A stretch of DNA of 64,000 bases from a virus. Location of the stretch: positions 23,212-87,211 of IMG/VR virus record IMGVR_UViG_3300032334_000488, one strand, 5' to 3'. Under the pieces are notes generated by a model. It did not search any database, was not told the DNA's origin, and saw only the letters and a list, made by a program, of their open reading frames with translations. Positions 33,703-46,000 of the stretch are shown in pieces. Position 1 is the first letter of the stretch. Each line of letters starts with the position of its first letter. A program made the translations under genes and the position numbers.

Positions 33703-35441
33703 TGTCATTTCTTGACTTTAGTCCTCCATCGTATAGAGCAGCCTCTAGCGACTTAACTATCTCTATTTCACCACTTGGTTTGGTGGAACTTGCTGATGAA
33801 GAATTTGAAGTACACGGTCCACGCCTCAATCGTTACTCGCTGAACTGGGCGATGTACCTTGGTCATCACTGGGGTTACCGCCGTGAACAAGGCGAAATGC
33901 AGATTGCAGTTAACTACTATCGTGCATTTAATGACTATCTTTCACGTTTTACATTTGGTAACGGATTACATTTTCGTTCTCCTAAGGCAACAGAAGCAAT
34001 TGTTCCAGACCGCTTAGAGCGTATCTGGGAAGTAGACAACGACAAGATGCGTGTACTACTTGAGATGGGTCAACAAGGCGGCATCACTGGTGACGTATTT
34101 GTTAAAGTTGCCTACGAAGAACCATGGACTGACTCTGCTGGACACTTCCATCCTGGTCGTGTTCGTTTACTACCAATGAACTCTTCATTCTGCTTCCCTG
34201 AGTTTCACCCACACGATCGAACACGCCTATTGCGTTTTAAGCAGAAGTATCGTTTCTGGGGAACATCACTAGAAGGTACACGTCAAGTGTTTACCTATAC
34301 TGAGATTTTGACTGACGACGTTATTGAAGAATACGTAAACGACGAGTTGATCGACTCTCGTCCAAATCCACTTGGACTAATTCCAGTGGTACACATACCT
34401 AATGTTCCTGTTTCAGGATCGCCGTGGGGTCTCTCGGACGCACACGACATCATCACTATCAACCGTGCATATAACGAAATTAGCACTGATGTCGCTGACA
34501 TCATTAACTACCACGCATCACCAGTAACGGTGATCGTGGGTGCTAAAGCCTCTAACTTGGAAAAGGGTGCTAAAAAAGTCTGGGGCGGTCTTCCAAAAGA
34601 TGCTCAGGTTTTCAATCTTGAAGGTGGCGCCCAAGGTATTGACGGTGCTTTGAAGTATCTTGAACTTCTAAAGCGCTCAATGCATGAAATTATGAACATC
34701 CCAGAAACCGCACTGGGACAAGTTCAAGCAATCTCTAACACTTCAGGTGTTGCACTTTCTATTCAGTATCAGCCATTGATGAACCGCTACTCACAAAAGG
34801 TAGCGCAGTACGGCAAGGGACTAGAAAGAATCAATGAACTTGCACTTCGTACTCTGTTCCTCAAAGAGCCAGAGACTATGCTCTACAACCCAGAGTTTGA
34901 TGGTCCAATCAAAGAAGGTCAGTTACCACAACTAGATCCTAATGACCCAATCTCTTACATGAATTACGCTCACTTCCCACAACCACTGCCTCTTGACAAG
35001 TTGATTGCGCTTAACGAAATCCAGACTAAGTTGGGTATGGGTCTTGAGTCTAAGGAGGGTGCACTCCGTACTCTTGGTGAGGAATTCCCAGAGGAGAAGT
35101 TGGAAGAGATTCGTCAAGAACTTATCTCTGATGCCCAAGCAGATGGCGCTCTACAACTTGTTAAGATTCAAATTCAGAAGCAGATTATGGACATGACTGG
35201 CATGATGCCAGGACCTGATGGCAACTCTGCTATCCCAATGCAGCCTACCCAACTAGGAGATGGCGACGTTATGGGTGATGGAGTTATTGGTGCAGAAGAT
35301 CCAAAGAACCCAGAGAACGCAGCAAGCCAAGAGACTAAGGGAATCGAAGTCCAGGCTGAAGCAGACCTGCGTAACAAACTTGTCACCGATGCCTATGGAA
35401 CCAAAATTCCACAGCGCAGAACAGTAGACAGGAAAGAATAA
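33702..35441 (+). CDS. portal protein (SPP1 gp6-like)
   Basis: IPVVHIPN...WGLSD, NTSGVALSIQYQPL. Position after terminase. Confidence 0.85.
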   Translation: MSFLDFSPPSYRAASSDLTISISPLGLVELADEEFEVHGPRLNRYSLNWAMYLGHHWGYRREQGEMQIAVNYYRAFNDYLSRFTFGNGLHFRSPKATEAIVPDRLERIWEVDNDKMRVLLEMGQQGGITGDVFVKVAYEEPWTDSAGHFHPGRVRLLPMNSSFCFPEFHPHDRTRLLRFKQKYRFWGTSLEGTRQVFTYTEILTDDVIEEYVNDELIDSRPNPLGLIPVVHIPNVPVSGSPWGLSDAHDIITINRAYNEISTDVADIINYHASPVTVIVGAKASNLEKGAKKVWGGLPKDAQVFNLEGGAQGIDGALKYLELLKRSMHEIMNIPETALGQVQAISNTSGVALSIQYQPLMNRYSQKVAQYGKGLERINELALRTLFLKEPETMLYNPEFDGPIKEGQLPQLDPNDPISYMNYAHFPQPLPLDKLIALNEIQTKLGMGLESKEGALRTLGEEFPEEKLEEIRQELISDAQADGALQLVKIQIQKQIMDMTGMMPGPDGNSAIPMQPTQLGDGDVMGDGVIGAEDPKNPENAASQETKGIEVQAEADLRNKLVTDAYGTKIPQRRTVDRKE

Positions 35442-35569
35442 GATTCTGATAAAAAATCAGAGTATACCGAGATTTTTGTATTGAAATGTAATGCAATTAT
35501 CTCGTAATAAAACCCAGTGGCACGCCGCAAGGCATTCGGACAAAGACCCAGAAAATATAGGTGATTACT

Positions 35570-36343
35570 ATGGAAAACCAAGTAGAAACCGCTGACCTAC
35601 TGTCTCCGCAACTAGCAGAAGCAGTAACAGCACAAGAAGTTTTTCAGAATGAGGTGAGTTCTGTGTATACCGCAGATGACATTGCTAAGGCTCGTGAGCA
35701 AGAAAAGGCAAAGTTATATCCTCAGATGGAAAAGATGAAAGAAGAACTTGCAGCAGCAAAGGCTCGTGCTGAAGAAGCAGCAGCCAAAGAAGCAGAGCGT
35801 GAAACCCTTCGTATTGCTCTTGAAAAAGATGCAGAGGCAAAGCGCAAGCAAGAAGAAGAAAGTGAACTATCGTTCAAAGAACTCCTCGCAAAGAAGGAGC
35901 AAGAATTTAATTCTCAACTAGAGAATGAACGTCTTGAAAGAGAACGTGCATTTGCTCTACTAGAGCAAGAGCGCAGGTTCCAAGAACTAATGAATTACCG
36001 TCAAGATCGTCTGGAACAAGAGCGGGATAACATCGTTCCTGAACTAATCGACTTGATCCAAGGTAATACTCCCGATGAAATTGAGAGCAGCATCGCTACT
36101 CTCAAAGACAAGTCTTCAAGTATCTTGCAGTCTGCTCAAGCAGCCATGCAGAATGCGAAGCAACAAATGGCAGGTACTCGAATTACCGCACCTGCCTCAG
36201 GACCCCTCGATAATGACTCGTCACAACAATCGTATACACCCGATGCAATTCGGGACATGACAATGGCCGACTATGCGAAACAAAGAGCCAAACTACTTGG
36301 CACTGCAGCCAGCAATCGTGGTCAGGGACTGTTCGATCAGTAA
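35570..36343 (+). CDS. capsid scaffolding protein
   Basis: Acidic coiled coil just before the capsid gene, C-terminal IRDMTMADYAKQR. Confidence 0.75.
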   Translation: MENQVETADLLSPQLAEAVTAQEVFQNEVSSVYTADDIAKAREQEKAKLYPQMEKMKEELAAAKARAEEAAAKEAERETLRIALEKDAEAKRKQEEESELSFKELLAKKEQEFNSQLENERLERERAFALLEQERRFQELMNYRQDRLEQERDNIVPELIDLIQGNTPDEIESSIATLKDKSSSILQSAQAAMQNAKQQMAGTRITAPASGPLDNDSSQQSYTPDAIRDMTMADYAKQRAKLLGTAASNRGQGLFDQ

Positions 36344-36382
36344 TCCCTTCCAACTAACCCATTAAGAAAGGACTTGACCTAA

Positions 36383-37510
36383 ATGGCAAGTGCAATTACA
36401 GGTACTGGGCAACTCGCAGGAGCGCCTACAGCGTACTCAGGTTCAAACTCATCTTTGAACCAAGCAATTCAAACAATCTGGAGCAAGGAAATTTTGTTCC
36501 AGGCAATGCCAATTCTTCGCTTCGAGCAATTCGCAGTTAAGAAGACAGAACTAGGTGTAGCACCTGGTCTCCGTGTGAACTTCCTCCGTTACAAGAACTT
36601 TGGTATCGATCCAACACCTCTAACTGAAGGTGTTCGTATGACAACCAACGCTCTAACAGCAGAGCAGATCGCAATCACAGTTGCAGAACACGGCTACGCA
36701 GTAGCAGTTTCTGAACTACTTCTTAACGCATCATTCGATGACGTTATGGCGTCAGCATCACGTCTTCTAGGTCGCCACATGGCACAGTACCTAGATGTAC
36801 AGGCTCGCAACACACTATCAGCAGCAACATCAGCAGTATTTGGTTACGACCGTACTGGCCTACAAGGTGTTAATGACTGGTACAACGAAGGAACACCTGC
36901 ATCATCAATCTCAGCACTAGATGGTAACTACAAGTTGTCAACAGGTGCTGTAAAGGATGCTGCTCTTACCCTTGCTGGTAAGAACATCCCTCGCTTAGGT
37001 GAGACATACGTACAGTTCGTACACCCAAAGCAGTCACGTGACATTCGTTCGAACCCAGAGTTCATCGAAGTTACAAAGTACGCTGCTCCAGGAAACTTCA
37101 TGCTCGGTGAAATCGGTCGTCTATACGACGTAGTATTCATCGAAACAACACAGGTTAAGAAGTTGGCTATCAATGCTGCTTACACAACATCAACATCTGT
37201 TGGTGTTCCAGCAGATCAGTACAGCGTTCCTGTCAAGGCTAACACAGCCCCAGGTAACGGTGGAAACCCAGAGTCTGCAGATTTCACAGCAGAAAAGGGT
37301 TACCTAACTAACGCTACTGGTAACGGTGCTGAAGTTTACGAATCAATCATGATTGGTGACAACGCATTTGGTCACGCAATCTCTCTTCCAGTTGAACTAC
37401 GTGACGGTGGAGTTCTTGACTTCGGTCGTGAGCACGCTCTTGCATGGTACGCAATCTGGGGCCTAGGTGTAATCACCGATCAGGCTATCGTCAAGGTTTA
37501 CACAAACTAA
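36383..37510 (+). CDS. major capsid protein (N4-gp56-like family)
   Basis: PLTEGV, EHGYAV..SELL, FVHPKQ..D, GEIGRLYDVVFIET, DFGREH..AWY. Confidence 0.88.
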   Translation: MASAITGTGQLAGAPTAYSGSNSSLNQAIQTIWSKEILFQAMPILRFEQFAVKKTELGVAPGLRVNFLRYKNFGIDPTPLTEGVRMTTNALTAEQIAITVAEHGYAVAVSELLLNASFDDVMASASRLLGRHMAQYLDVQARNTLSAATSAVFGYDRTGLQGVNDWYNEGTPASSISALDGNYKLSTGAVKDAALTLAGKNIPRLGETYVQFVHPKQSRDIRSNPEFIEVTKYAAPGNFMLGEIGRLYDVVFIETTQVKKLAINAAYTTSTSVGVPADQYSVPVKANTAPGNGGNPESADFTAEKGYLTNATGNGAEVYESIMIGDNAFGHAISLPVELRDGGVLDFGREHALAWYAIWGLGVITDQAIVKVYTN

Positions 37511-37596
37511 GACAAGTTTTACAGATGTCTGGGGACCCTACTCCTTCCTGGGTCCCCAGGCATCAATAACCAATCTACTTTAGGAGAATAAATACC

Positions 37597-37968
37597 GTGG
37601 CAAATACACCAGTAAGTCCTTTAGACGCAACAGGTCGTGCTAAAGAACAAGCAACAAAGAAGAACGCAGCAGAGTTAAAGAAGCGTGCAGAAGAAATCTC
37701 AATCGCTACGCAACTTGAGGCAGAGAGTCTGGAGAAGGATGTCTTTGATCCTAAGAATCCAGATGCCCCACTCGTACTAGACGAGATCGAAAATGTTGGA
37801 GTATCAACTGCAGGTGACATGGTCGTCATCCGTACAATCACTGACATTGAAGATATGACTTACGGTGTAGGAAACTCTTACACCTTCAAAGCAGGCGTTA
37901 AGTATCGAGTCCCATCAGGTCTTGCGGCTTACCTTGAGCAACTTGGATATATTTGGCGTCCTAACTAA
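37597..37968 (+). CDS. virion protein
   Basis: Follows the capsid gene, AGGAG RBS. Confidence 0.6.
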   Translation: MANTPVSPLDATGRAKEQATKKNAAELKKRAEEISIATQLEAESLEKDVFDPKNPDAPLVLDEIENVGVSTAGDMVVIRTITDIEDMTYGVGNSYTFKAGVKYRVPSGLAAYLEQLGYIWRPN

Positions 37969-37987
37969 ACACTAGACGTCACAAGTA

Positions 37988-38042
37988 GTCCGACCCTCAA
38001 CTGGTTCCCGCCCTCCTCCCAGTTGGGGGTTGGACCTTTTTT
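37988..38042 (+). terminator. intrinsic terminator
   Basis: 17-bp stem followed by CTTTTTT. Confidence 0.7.
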
Positions 38043-38100
38043 GTGCTGTGTAAATCTTAATTACACGAGATGATAAGGGCAGTAATTTAACGGAGGTTTT

Positions 38101-39159
38101 GTGGCTACTATAGATGGTATGGCAGACCGCCTACGTTATGAGATAGGCGACATCGGTCGTTCGTTTGTCTATCAGTTTATTGCTGATGGCACCACTAACC
38201 GTTTTCTTATTCCGTACTCTCCTCTTGATGGTGCTAACTTGGTTGTAAACCAAGAAGGCGATGACGTCTCTGCAACTGTTGAAGTAGAAGAAGCAACTGG
38301 CTACATTGTATTTGACACTGTGCCTGCTCCAGGTGACACCATTATTGTTGCTGGAAACTACTACAAGTATTTTACAAATGTTGAAATCTGCCAATACGTT
38401 ACAGACGCATTTGAGCAACACACAACTTTTCATACAGACTCTTATGGTCGAGTAATGAGTGTCTCTACTTTACCTACAGTCGAAGAATACCCAGTAGTTA
38501 TTTATGCATCTACTTTAGCCATGTACACACTGGCTACCGATGCCTCTTTTGACATTGACATTACAGCACCAGATGGAGTGATGATTCCTCGCTCTGAGCG
38601 TTATCGTCAGTTAATGCAGATGATTGATGTTCGCAAAAATCAATACAAGGAACTCTGCTCTCAACTTGGTATTGGTCTTTACAAGATCGACGTGTTTTCT
38701 TTGCGCCGTATCTCAAAGACCACCAACGAATATGTACCAGTCTTTGAACCACAAGAAATTGATAATAAGTCTCCTAAGACACGAGTTCGTCTACCTATTC
38801 CTACCTATGGAAATGTTAAGCCAACTCCAACGACTGTTGTACAAGACTTGAATATCTACGAAGGCGATGACTATGAGTTCTCTATTCGTTTAGACTTTGA
38901 AGTTGATAACCTCACTCCATTGGCAGAAATTAGATCACTTCCAGGTGCAGCAGTTGTAGTCACTGAGTTTACTGTAACAAAACCAAACATCACTGAAGAT
39001 GGCGATAACCAACGAACACTGGTCCTTTCACTTACTGGTGAACAGACTCGTTTACTTCCTGGAAAGTCTTACTACGACGTACAATTAACTGATGCAGAAG
39101 GCGTAACTCACACTTACGTCTCTGGAATAATCTTCGTTACCAAAGAGGTAAGCCAATGA
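38101..39159 (+). CDS. head-tail adaptor-like virion protein
   Basis: 352 aa, position in module, C-terminal YYDVQL Ig-like segment. Confidence 0.55.
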   Translation: MATIDGMADRLRYEIGDIGRSFVYQFIADGTTNRFLIPYSPLDGANLVVNQEGDDVSATVEVEEATGYIVFDTVPAPGDTIIVAGNYYKYFTNVEICQYVTDAFEQHTTFHTDSYGRVMSVSTLPTVEEYPVVIYASTLAMYTLATDASFDIDITAPDGVMIPRSERYRQLMQMIDVRKNQYKELCSQLGIGLYKIDVFSLRRISKTTNEYVPVFEPQEIDNKSPKTRVRLPIPTYGNVKPTPTTVVQDLNIYEGDDYEFSIRLDFEVDNLTPLAEIRSLPGAAVVVTEFTVTKPNITEDGDNQRTLVLSLTGEQTRLLPGKSYYDVQLTDAEGVTHTYVSGIIFVTKEVSQ

Positions 39160-39809
39160 CCCCAAATCAATACACCCGTCCAGGGTCTAATACTGTTCCA
39201 ATCGCCGTAAACGATGTTGTATTAATTACAACTCCAGAAGGCACTACTCATCCATCAGGTTGTGGATGTGGTAGTTGTTCTGGTGGTGGTGGAGCAGTCA
39301 CTGGTGCACAAGGTACCCAAGGCGTTAGAGGCGCCCAAGGAATACAAGGCGTACAGGGAACTCAGGGCGTTATCGGATCTCAAGGTATCCAGGGTGTTCA
39401 AGGAAGAGCAGTACAAGGTACACAAGGAACGCAGGGTGCTGGAACTCCAGGAACTCAGGGTCTTCAAGGAACACAGGGCCTTGACGGTGCTTATGCAGCC
39501 CAAGGTATTCAAGGAGTACAAGGAACCGCAGGTTCTCAAGGTATTGGTGGAGCAACTCTTGACAACACCGATGACCTTACAGAAGGCACTACAAATAAGT
39601 ACTTCACAGTTGGTCGTGTATCATTTGAGCATACCCAGGGAGCAGCAAGTGCTACCTGGAATGTTGTTCACAATTTAAATTTTTATCCTAACGTTACAGT
39701 TCAAGATTCGGCTGGTAATATAGTCGAAGGTGAAATCGCTTACACTAATTCGGACTCCTTAGTAATAACCTTTTCAGCAGCGTTCTCAGGTACAGCCTAC
39801 TTATCTTAA
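39156..39809 (+). CDS. collagen-like fibre protein
   Basis: G-X-Q triplets, C-terminal W..VHNLNFYP.VTV. Confidence 0.8.
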   Translation: MTPNQYTRPGSNTVPIAVNDVVLITTPEGTTHPSGCGCGSCSGGGGAVTGAQGTQGVRGAQGIQGVQGTQGVIGSQGIQGVQGRAVQGTQGTQGAGTPGTQGLQGTQGLDGAYAAQGIQGVQGTAGSQGIGGATLDNTDDLTEGTTNKYFTVGRVSFEHTQGAASATWNVVHNLNFYPNVTVQDSAGNIVEGEIAYTNSDSLVITFSAAFSGTAYLS

Positions 39810-39821
39810 GGAGATAACCGA

Positions 39822-42815
39822 ATGGCAAGAAAGTTTTTAACCCCGATTGATTTAGGCAAACTTGAACTTCAAAATGCCCGAATTCAAAACCTTTCAACAG
39901 CACAAAAGCCAGTCAACCCAGTCGAAGGTCAGATCTACTATGACACTGACGATAAGGTTGTAAAGACCTGGAATGGTACTGCGTGGATTAACGCAAGCCA
40001 AGGTACACAAGGTGTGCAAGGCACTGTTGGTGCTCAGGGTGTACAAGGAACTCACGGTACACAGGGCGTACAAGGTACAGAAGGTCAACAGGGAACTCAA
40101 GGCACTGATGGTACCCAAGGTACTCAAGGTACCGATGGAACTCAAGGTACTCAAGGCACTGATGGTACACAAGGAACTCAGGGTACCGATGGAACCCAAG
40201 GTACACAGGGAACTGAAGGACAACAGGGTACTCAAGGTACAGATGGAACTCAAGGTACACAAGGTACTGATGGTACACAGGGCACACAAGGTACTGACGG
40301 CACACAAGGTGTGCAAGGAACCGAAGGTCAACAAGGAGTTCAAGGTACTGAAGGACAGCAAGGTACACAAGGAACAGAAGGCGCCCAAGGTACACAGGGA
40401 ACTGACGGTACACAAGGAACCGAAGGATCACAGGGTACACAGGGTGCTGAAGGTAACTTTGGTGGTATCACAGTTGTTTACAACTTTGATGATACTGTCA
40501 CAATGGCAGACCCAGGCGACAATAATGCTCGTCTAAACAATGCTAACCCAACTCTAGTTACACACCTGGCATTGGATGATAATCCTGCTGATGGTAACTA
40601 TGACATCTCTAACTTTTTACAAACAATCGATGACTCAACATCACCAATTAAGGGTCACGTAAAGGTATCTAGAAAATTTGATACTGCTACTTTTTACCTC
40701 TACACAATCTCTGGTGTTACAGATTCAGCGCCAAACTGGTTTGATGTAGAAGTTGCTTATGTCTCTGGTCAAGGAGCATTTACTGACGGAGAAGAACTTC
40801 TCTTTACATTTGCTCGTACTGGTGATGTTGGTGCTCAAGGTACACAAGGTACTGAGGGAGCCCAGGGCGTTCAAGGCACTGTAGGTTCTCAAGGAACTCA
40901 AGGCACATTAGGTGCACAAGGAACTCAAGGAGTCCAAGGCGTACAGGGCACTGAAGGTCAACAAGGAACTCAGGGCACACAAGGTACTGACGGTACCCAA
41001 GGTACTCTCGGTACTCAAGGTGCGGTTGGTACTCAGGGTACAGTTGGTGCTCAAGGCGCTCAAGGAACTCATGGAACCCAGGGTGTACAAGGTACGCAGG
41101 GAACACAGGGAGTTCAAGGAACCGAAGGCCAACAGGGAGTTCAGGGCACCGAAGGTCAGCAAGGAACCCAGGGTTCAGAAGGTGCACAGGGTACTCAAGG
41201 AGTACAGGGCGCTGAAGGAACTCAGGGTACTGAGGGTACACAAGGTGCTACAGGTACATTTGGTGGAGAAACCTTCGAGTACAACTACCTAACTAATACC
41301 GCAGATACAGACCCAACTGCAGGTAACTTTAAGTTTGACTTTACAACATTCTCATCTGTTACTGAACTTTACATCGACCCAATCGATGCAAACGCAACTA
41401 ACATTAGTTCTTTCCTACAGACTATTGATGACTCAACATCAGGTATTAAGGGAACAATTAAAGTAACAGATATTGCTGACCCTCTTAACTATGCCTTCTT
41501 CCAAATCATTGGTACTCACAATGAGAATGGTGGCGCTTACTTTACAGTGCCAGTCGCATATGTATCAGGTCCGCTATCACTTGGTAACAACGATAACGCA
41601 TACCTAACATTTGCAAGAGTTGGTGACAAGGGTGATACTGGTGCTCAAGGTACTACTGGTGCACAAGGCGTACAAGGTACTGTAGGTTCTCAAGGTACAC
41701 AAGGAACACTTGGAGCCCAAGGTACACAAGGAACTCAGGGTGTACAGGGAACTGACGGTACACAGGGAGTCCAAGGCTCTGAAGGTACTCAGGGAGTCCA
41801 AGGAACCGAAGGACAGCAGGGTACACAGGGAACTGAAGGCCAGCAGGGAACTCAAGGTACAGATGGTACCCAAGGAACCGAAGGTACAGCAGCCCTCTGG
41901 AATTTTGCTGGCCCTTATAGCGGCGGAGTTATCTATACCGAAGGTGACGTAGTTACCTACAACGGTCAAACTTGGTATCGCAAGATTTACGGTGCAGCGG
42001 GACATACACCAACAGAAGATACTTGGTGGACACTACTTGCTGCACAAGGTGTACAGGGAACTGAAGGCCAACAAGGTACACAAGGCACCGATGGTACTCA
42101 GGGTACTCAGGGTACAGACGGAACTCAAGGAGTTCAAGGTACTGAAGGACAGCAGGGCACACAGGGTACAGATGGTACCCAAGGTGTCCAAGGTACAGAA
42201 GGTACTCAAGGTACTGAAGGCCACTCCGACCGTTACAAGACGACCTCTACTACCTCACGTTCAATTGCGGTAGCAAACAACGTAAGTTTTGTACTGGCTG
42301 ATCCAGATCTTTCATACTCAGTTGGTCAGGATGTAGTAGTTGCTTACGATGTAAACAACCACATGTCCGCAACTGTAGTCAGTTACACATCAGGCACTAA
42401 TACACTTGTTGTAAATGTTAACGACATCAAGGGTTCAGGAACATACGCTGTATGGTCAATCAACCTAGATGGTGCTACTGGTGTACAGGGTACAACTGGT
42501 ACCCAAGGCACACAAGGTACAGATGGTATTCAAGGCCTTGACGGTGTTCAAGGTACACAAGGTACATCTGGTCAACTTGGAACCTATGCAACAACTATCA
42601 CTGGTGATTCAACCGATGGTGGAGCAACAGGAACTACATCGTTCCCAGTTACTCACAACCTCGGAACTACAGACATCATGGTCACAGTCTGGGATGCGGC
42701 TTCTAAGATGGAAGTTGTAACAGATGTAGCCTACGTAACTACTACCTCAGTAACGATTGGATTTGCAGTAGCGCCAATCACAACTAAGTCTTACAGAGTG
42801 GTAGTCAAGGCTTAA
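39822..42815 (+). CDS. long collagen-like fibre protein with repeated globular domains
   Basis: [12 protein letters not shown] runs interrupted by ~125-aa domains and a CBM5/12-like W..[11 protein letters not shown]..W module. Confidence 0.85.
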   Translation: MARKFLTPIDLGKLELQNARIQNLSTAQKPVNPVEGQIYYDTDDKVVKTWNGTAWINASQGTQGVQGTVGAQGVQGTHGTQGVQGTEGQQGTQGTDGTQGTQGTDGTQGTQGTDGTQGTQGTDGTQGTQGTEGQQGTQGTDGTQGTQGTDGTQGTQGTDGTQGVQGTEGQQGVQGTEGQQGTQGTEGAQGTQGTDGTQGTEGSQGTQGAEGNFGGITVVYNFDDTVTMADPGDNNARLNNANPTLVTHLALDDNPADGNYDISNFLQTIDDSTSPIKGHVKVSRKFDTATFYLYTISGVTDSAPNWFDVEVAYVSGQGAFTDGEELLFTFARTGDVGAQGTQGTEGAQGVQGTVGSQGTQGTLGAQGTQGVQGVQGTEGQQGTQGTQGTDGTQGTLGTQGAVGTQGTVGAQGAQGTHGTQGVQGTQGTQGVQGTEGQQGVQGTEGQQGTQGSEGAQGTQGVQGAEGTQGTEGTQGATGTFGGETFEYNYLTNTADTDPTAGNFKFDFTTFSSVTELYIDPIDANATNISSFLQTIDDSTSGIKGTIKVTDIADPLNYAFFQIIGTHNENGGAYFTVPVAYVSGPLSLGNNDNAYLTFARVGDKGDTGAQGTTGAQGVQGTVGSQGTQGTLGAQGTQGTQGVQGTDGTQGVQGSEGTQGVQGTEGQQGTQGTEGQQGTQGTDGTQGTEGTAALWNFAGPYSGGVIYTEGDVVTYNGQTWYRKIYGAAGHTPTEDTWWTLLAAQGVQGTEGQQGTQGTDGTQGTQGTDGTQGVQGTEGQQGTQGTDGTQGVQGTEGTQGTEGHSDRYKTTSTTSRSIAVANNVSFVLADPDLSYSVGQDVVVAYDVNNHMSATVVSYTSGTNTLVVNVNDIKGSGTYAVWSINLDGATGVQGTTGTQGTQGTDGIQGLDGVQGTQGTSGQLGTYATTITGDSTDGGATGTTSFPVTHNLGTTDIMVTVWDAASKMEVVTDVAYVTTTSVTIGFAVAPITTKSYRVVVKA

Positions 42816-42818
42816 TCC

Positions 42819-43034
42819 ATGAGCAAAAAAGCACTCGTCCCAGTTAACGTATTGGCTAAGGCGTCAGCGCCCTCTGGCCAGTACGCTGGTGACGTGTACT
42901 ACGACTCAACAGATACATCGCTGTTTGTCTACACAGGCTCTGTGTGGACTGCAGTAGGTGCAGGCGCTATCGATGGTGGAACGCCAACAAGTAATTACAC
43001 AAGCAATCCTGTGGTAAATGGAGGAACTCCGTAA
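42819..43034 (+). CDS. small fibre-associated protein
   Basis: GDVYYD....VYTGSVW and IDGGTP. Confidence 0.6.
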   Translation: MSKKALVPVNVLAKASAPSGQYAGDVYYDSTDTSLFVYTGSVWTAVGAGAIDGGTPTSNYTSNPVVNGGTP

Positions 43035-46000
43035 TGGCATCAAAGATTCAAGTTCGTCGTGGATCGTCTTCACAGTGGAATGCTGTCTCATCAGTAGTCC
43101 TATCTGAAGGTGAAATCGGCTTTGAAATCAATACTGGAAAGTTCAAGATTGGTGATGGAACTTCTACTTGGGCCGCTCTTCCTTACTTCATTGACGAAGA
43201 TGCAGTTGCTTCTCTTGTTAGCGGCGCAGCATTAGCAAACACTGATGATCTTCCACAGGGAACTACTAATCTTTATCACACAGTTCAGCATGTCTATGAA
43301 GCACTAGATAGCGGATCTCTACAAAATATCTTTATCTCATATGTAGATGGTGCTATTGATATCTCAGTACCAACTGTTCAAGGAACTCAAGGTACACAGG
43401 GAGCAAGCATCCAGGGTGTACAAGGTACACAAGGAACACAGGGCTTTTATGGTACTCAAGGAACTACAGGAGCACAAGGAACTGCAGGCTATGTCGGTGC
43501 AGATGGAGCGCAAGGCACACAGGGAACTCAAGGAGTTCAGGGTGTACAAGGAGTCCAAGGCGTACAAGGCGTACAGGGAACTACTGGTAGCCAAGGCGTA
43601 CAAGGAGTTCAGGGCGTTCAAGGTGTGCAAGGCGTACAAGGACTGCAGGGTGTTCAAGGAACACTAGGCGCCCAAGGTGCGGCAGGTAACTTTGGTGGAG
43701 CAACCTTTGACTACACATTCAGCACAAGCACAACAGCGGCTGATCCAGGAACTGGAAACATTCGCTTTAATGCGACACCTACTTCAGCAACTGCTATGTA
43801 CATCGATAGTAGCAATGATGCTGCAACTGACATCTCAACATTCTTAAACACAATCGGCGGATCAACATCAACTATCAAGGGACACTTCCGTGTATCCAAG
43901 AAGTTTGATGACAGCGTCTTTAAACTTTACACAATCTCATCTGTCACAGATAACACTGGCTGGTTCACTGTTAACTGCTCTTATGTATCTGGTAACGGAA
44001 CACTCTCAAACTCTGACGACATCGTAGTCACCTTTGCTCGCACTGGTGATAAGGGTGATACAGGTATCCAGGGTGTACAAGGACCAGAAGGTACTCAAGG
44101 CGTACAAGGCACACAGGGTGTACAGGGTGTGCAGGGAGTCCAAGGAACTGAAGGACAACAGGGAACCCAGGGTATACAGGGCACCCAGGGCACTCAAGGC
44201 ACTCTAGGAGCGCAAGGCGCTGTTGGTGCACAAGGTGTACAGGGCACACAAGGTACCCAAGGTACTCAGGGAGTTCAGGGCGTACAAGGTACAGAAGGAA
44301 CCCAGGGCGTACAAGGAATCCAAGGTACACAGGGTGTACAAGGAAAAGAAGGTGTTGGAACTCAAGGAACTGACGGTACACAGGGTACTCAGGGTGTTAT
44401 GGGTACATCAGGATCTTCTTCCTCTAACTTTAACTACTCAGTTGATAGCAATACAGCAGATGCAAAACCAGGAAATGGTCAACTACGATTTAACAACGCG
44501 ACACAAACATCTGCTACTTTCCTATACATAGATCACATTAACGACTCAGGCGTTGATATCGATGTTCTTTTGGGACTTCTTAAGACAGACGACAGTGTAA
44601 TTGTTCAAAAGAAATCAGATTCAAATGTTTACATTACTTTTAGAGTAACTGGCGCTGTAACTGTTGTATCAAACAGTTATGTAAAGGTTCCAGTAACGAG
44701 CACTGGCGATGGTGGAACAGGCAACAACTCATTTACTGGTGGACAAGCGATTGAAGTTATCACCTTTACAACTGGTCTTCAAGGACCAGTTGGTGCACAA
44801 GGTGCAGTTGGTCCTCAAGGCACACAGGGTGTACAGGGCACAACTGGCGCACAAGGCACACAAGGTACTCAAGGTACTCAAGGCACTCAAGGCACCCTAG
44901 GTGCACAAGGTGCAACAGGTGCTCAAGGAGCAACTGGTGCCCAGGGAACCCAAGGCACTCAAGGCACCACAGGAGCGCAAGGTGCTACAGGAGCCCAGGG
45001 TGTGCAGGGTACACAGGGTGTACAAGGCACACAGGGAACTACTGGCGCGCAAGGAGTACAGGGAGTCCAAGGCCTACAGGGTGTACAAGGTACTCTAGGT
45101 GTGCAGGGTGCTGCTGGTAACTTTGGCGGTGCTTCATTTGACTACACCTACAGCACAACTATCACCGCTTCAGATCCAGGTACTGGAAATGTTCGCTTTA
45201 ACTCTTTGACTTTATCTTCTGCAACTGCGGTCTACTTAGACGCAAGTAACGATGCAGCAACAGATATCACATCCTTCCTTAATACTATCGGAACATCGAC
45301 CTCTACAATCAAGGGTCACTTCCGTATGTCAAAGAAGTTTGACGATAACTCATTTGCGCTCTTTACAATCTCATCAGTTACAAACAACACTGGCTGGTTT
45401 ACTGTAAGTGCATCTTACGTATCTGGCAACGGAACATTTGCAAATTCAGATGACATTGTTATCACATTTGCCCGTACAGGTGACAAGGGTGACACTGGTA
45501 CACAGGGTGTACAAGGACCTACAGGTACACAGGGAACCCAAGGCACTCAGGGTACGCAAGGTACCCAAGGTACACAGGGAACTACTGGAGCCCAAGGAAC
45601 ACAAGGAACTCAAGGTCTACAGGGTCCTGGCGGTACATACGCTAACTCTGCTGCACTAGCAGCGGCTCTTAGCGATGAGACTGGTTCTGGTGCTGCTGTA
45701 TTCGGTACAAGCCCAACTCTAAAGGGACCTATCTACTTCCAGAGCGGTGGCGGTGCTGGTGGATCTGCTAACACACTTGATGTTAACAATTCAACAGGAG
45801 CGGTAACTCTTACAAGCGGTTATCCACTCAACCTTACTGCAACAGGTGATGTGACAATCACAGCAACTGGTGGAGCAGCAAAGGTTGGCTCTGACACTAT
45901 CGCAACTCTTACAGCGTCACAGACACTGACTAACAAGACACTCACTTATCCAGCAATTGACAATCTAAAGTTAGGTTATGCAACTACTGCAACAGCAGCG

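Noticed and set aside
36383-37510. N4-like podovirus assignment from the capsid family
   Set aside because: Sheath and tube genes show a contractile tail, and no virion RNA polymerase is in the window.
43034-43200. Mtd-like N-terminus suggesting a diversity-generating retroelement
   Set aside because: No reverse transcriptase and no adenine-specific TR/VR pair seen in the window.
39300-45630. Dense short repeats resembling a CRISPR or satellite array
   Set aside because: They are in-frame Gly-X-Y codons with synonymous variation. There is no constant repeat with unique spacers and no cas gene.
39255-45659. Many alternative-frame and antisense ORFs over the collagen genes (also 24645-26815)
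   Set aside because: Shadows of low-complexity coding repeats, with no RBS or coupling.
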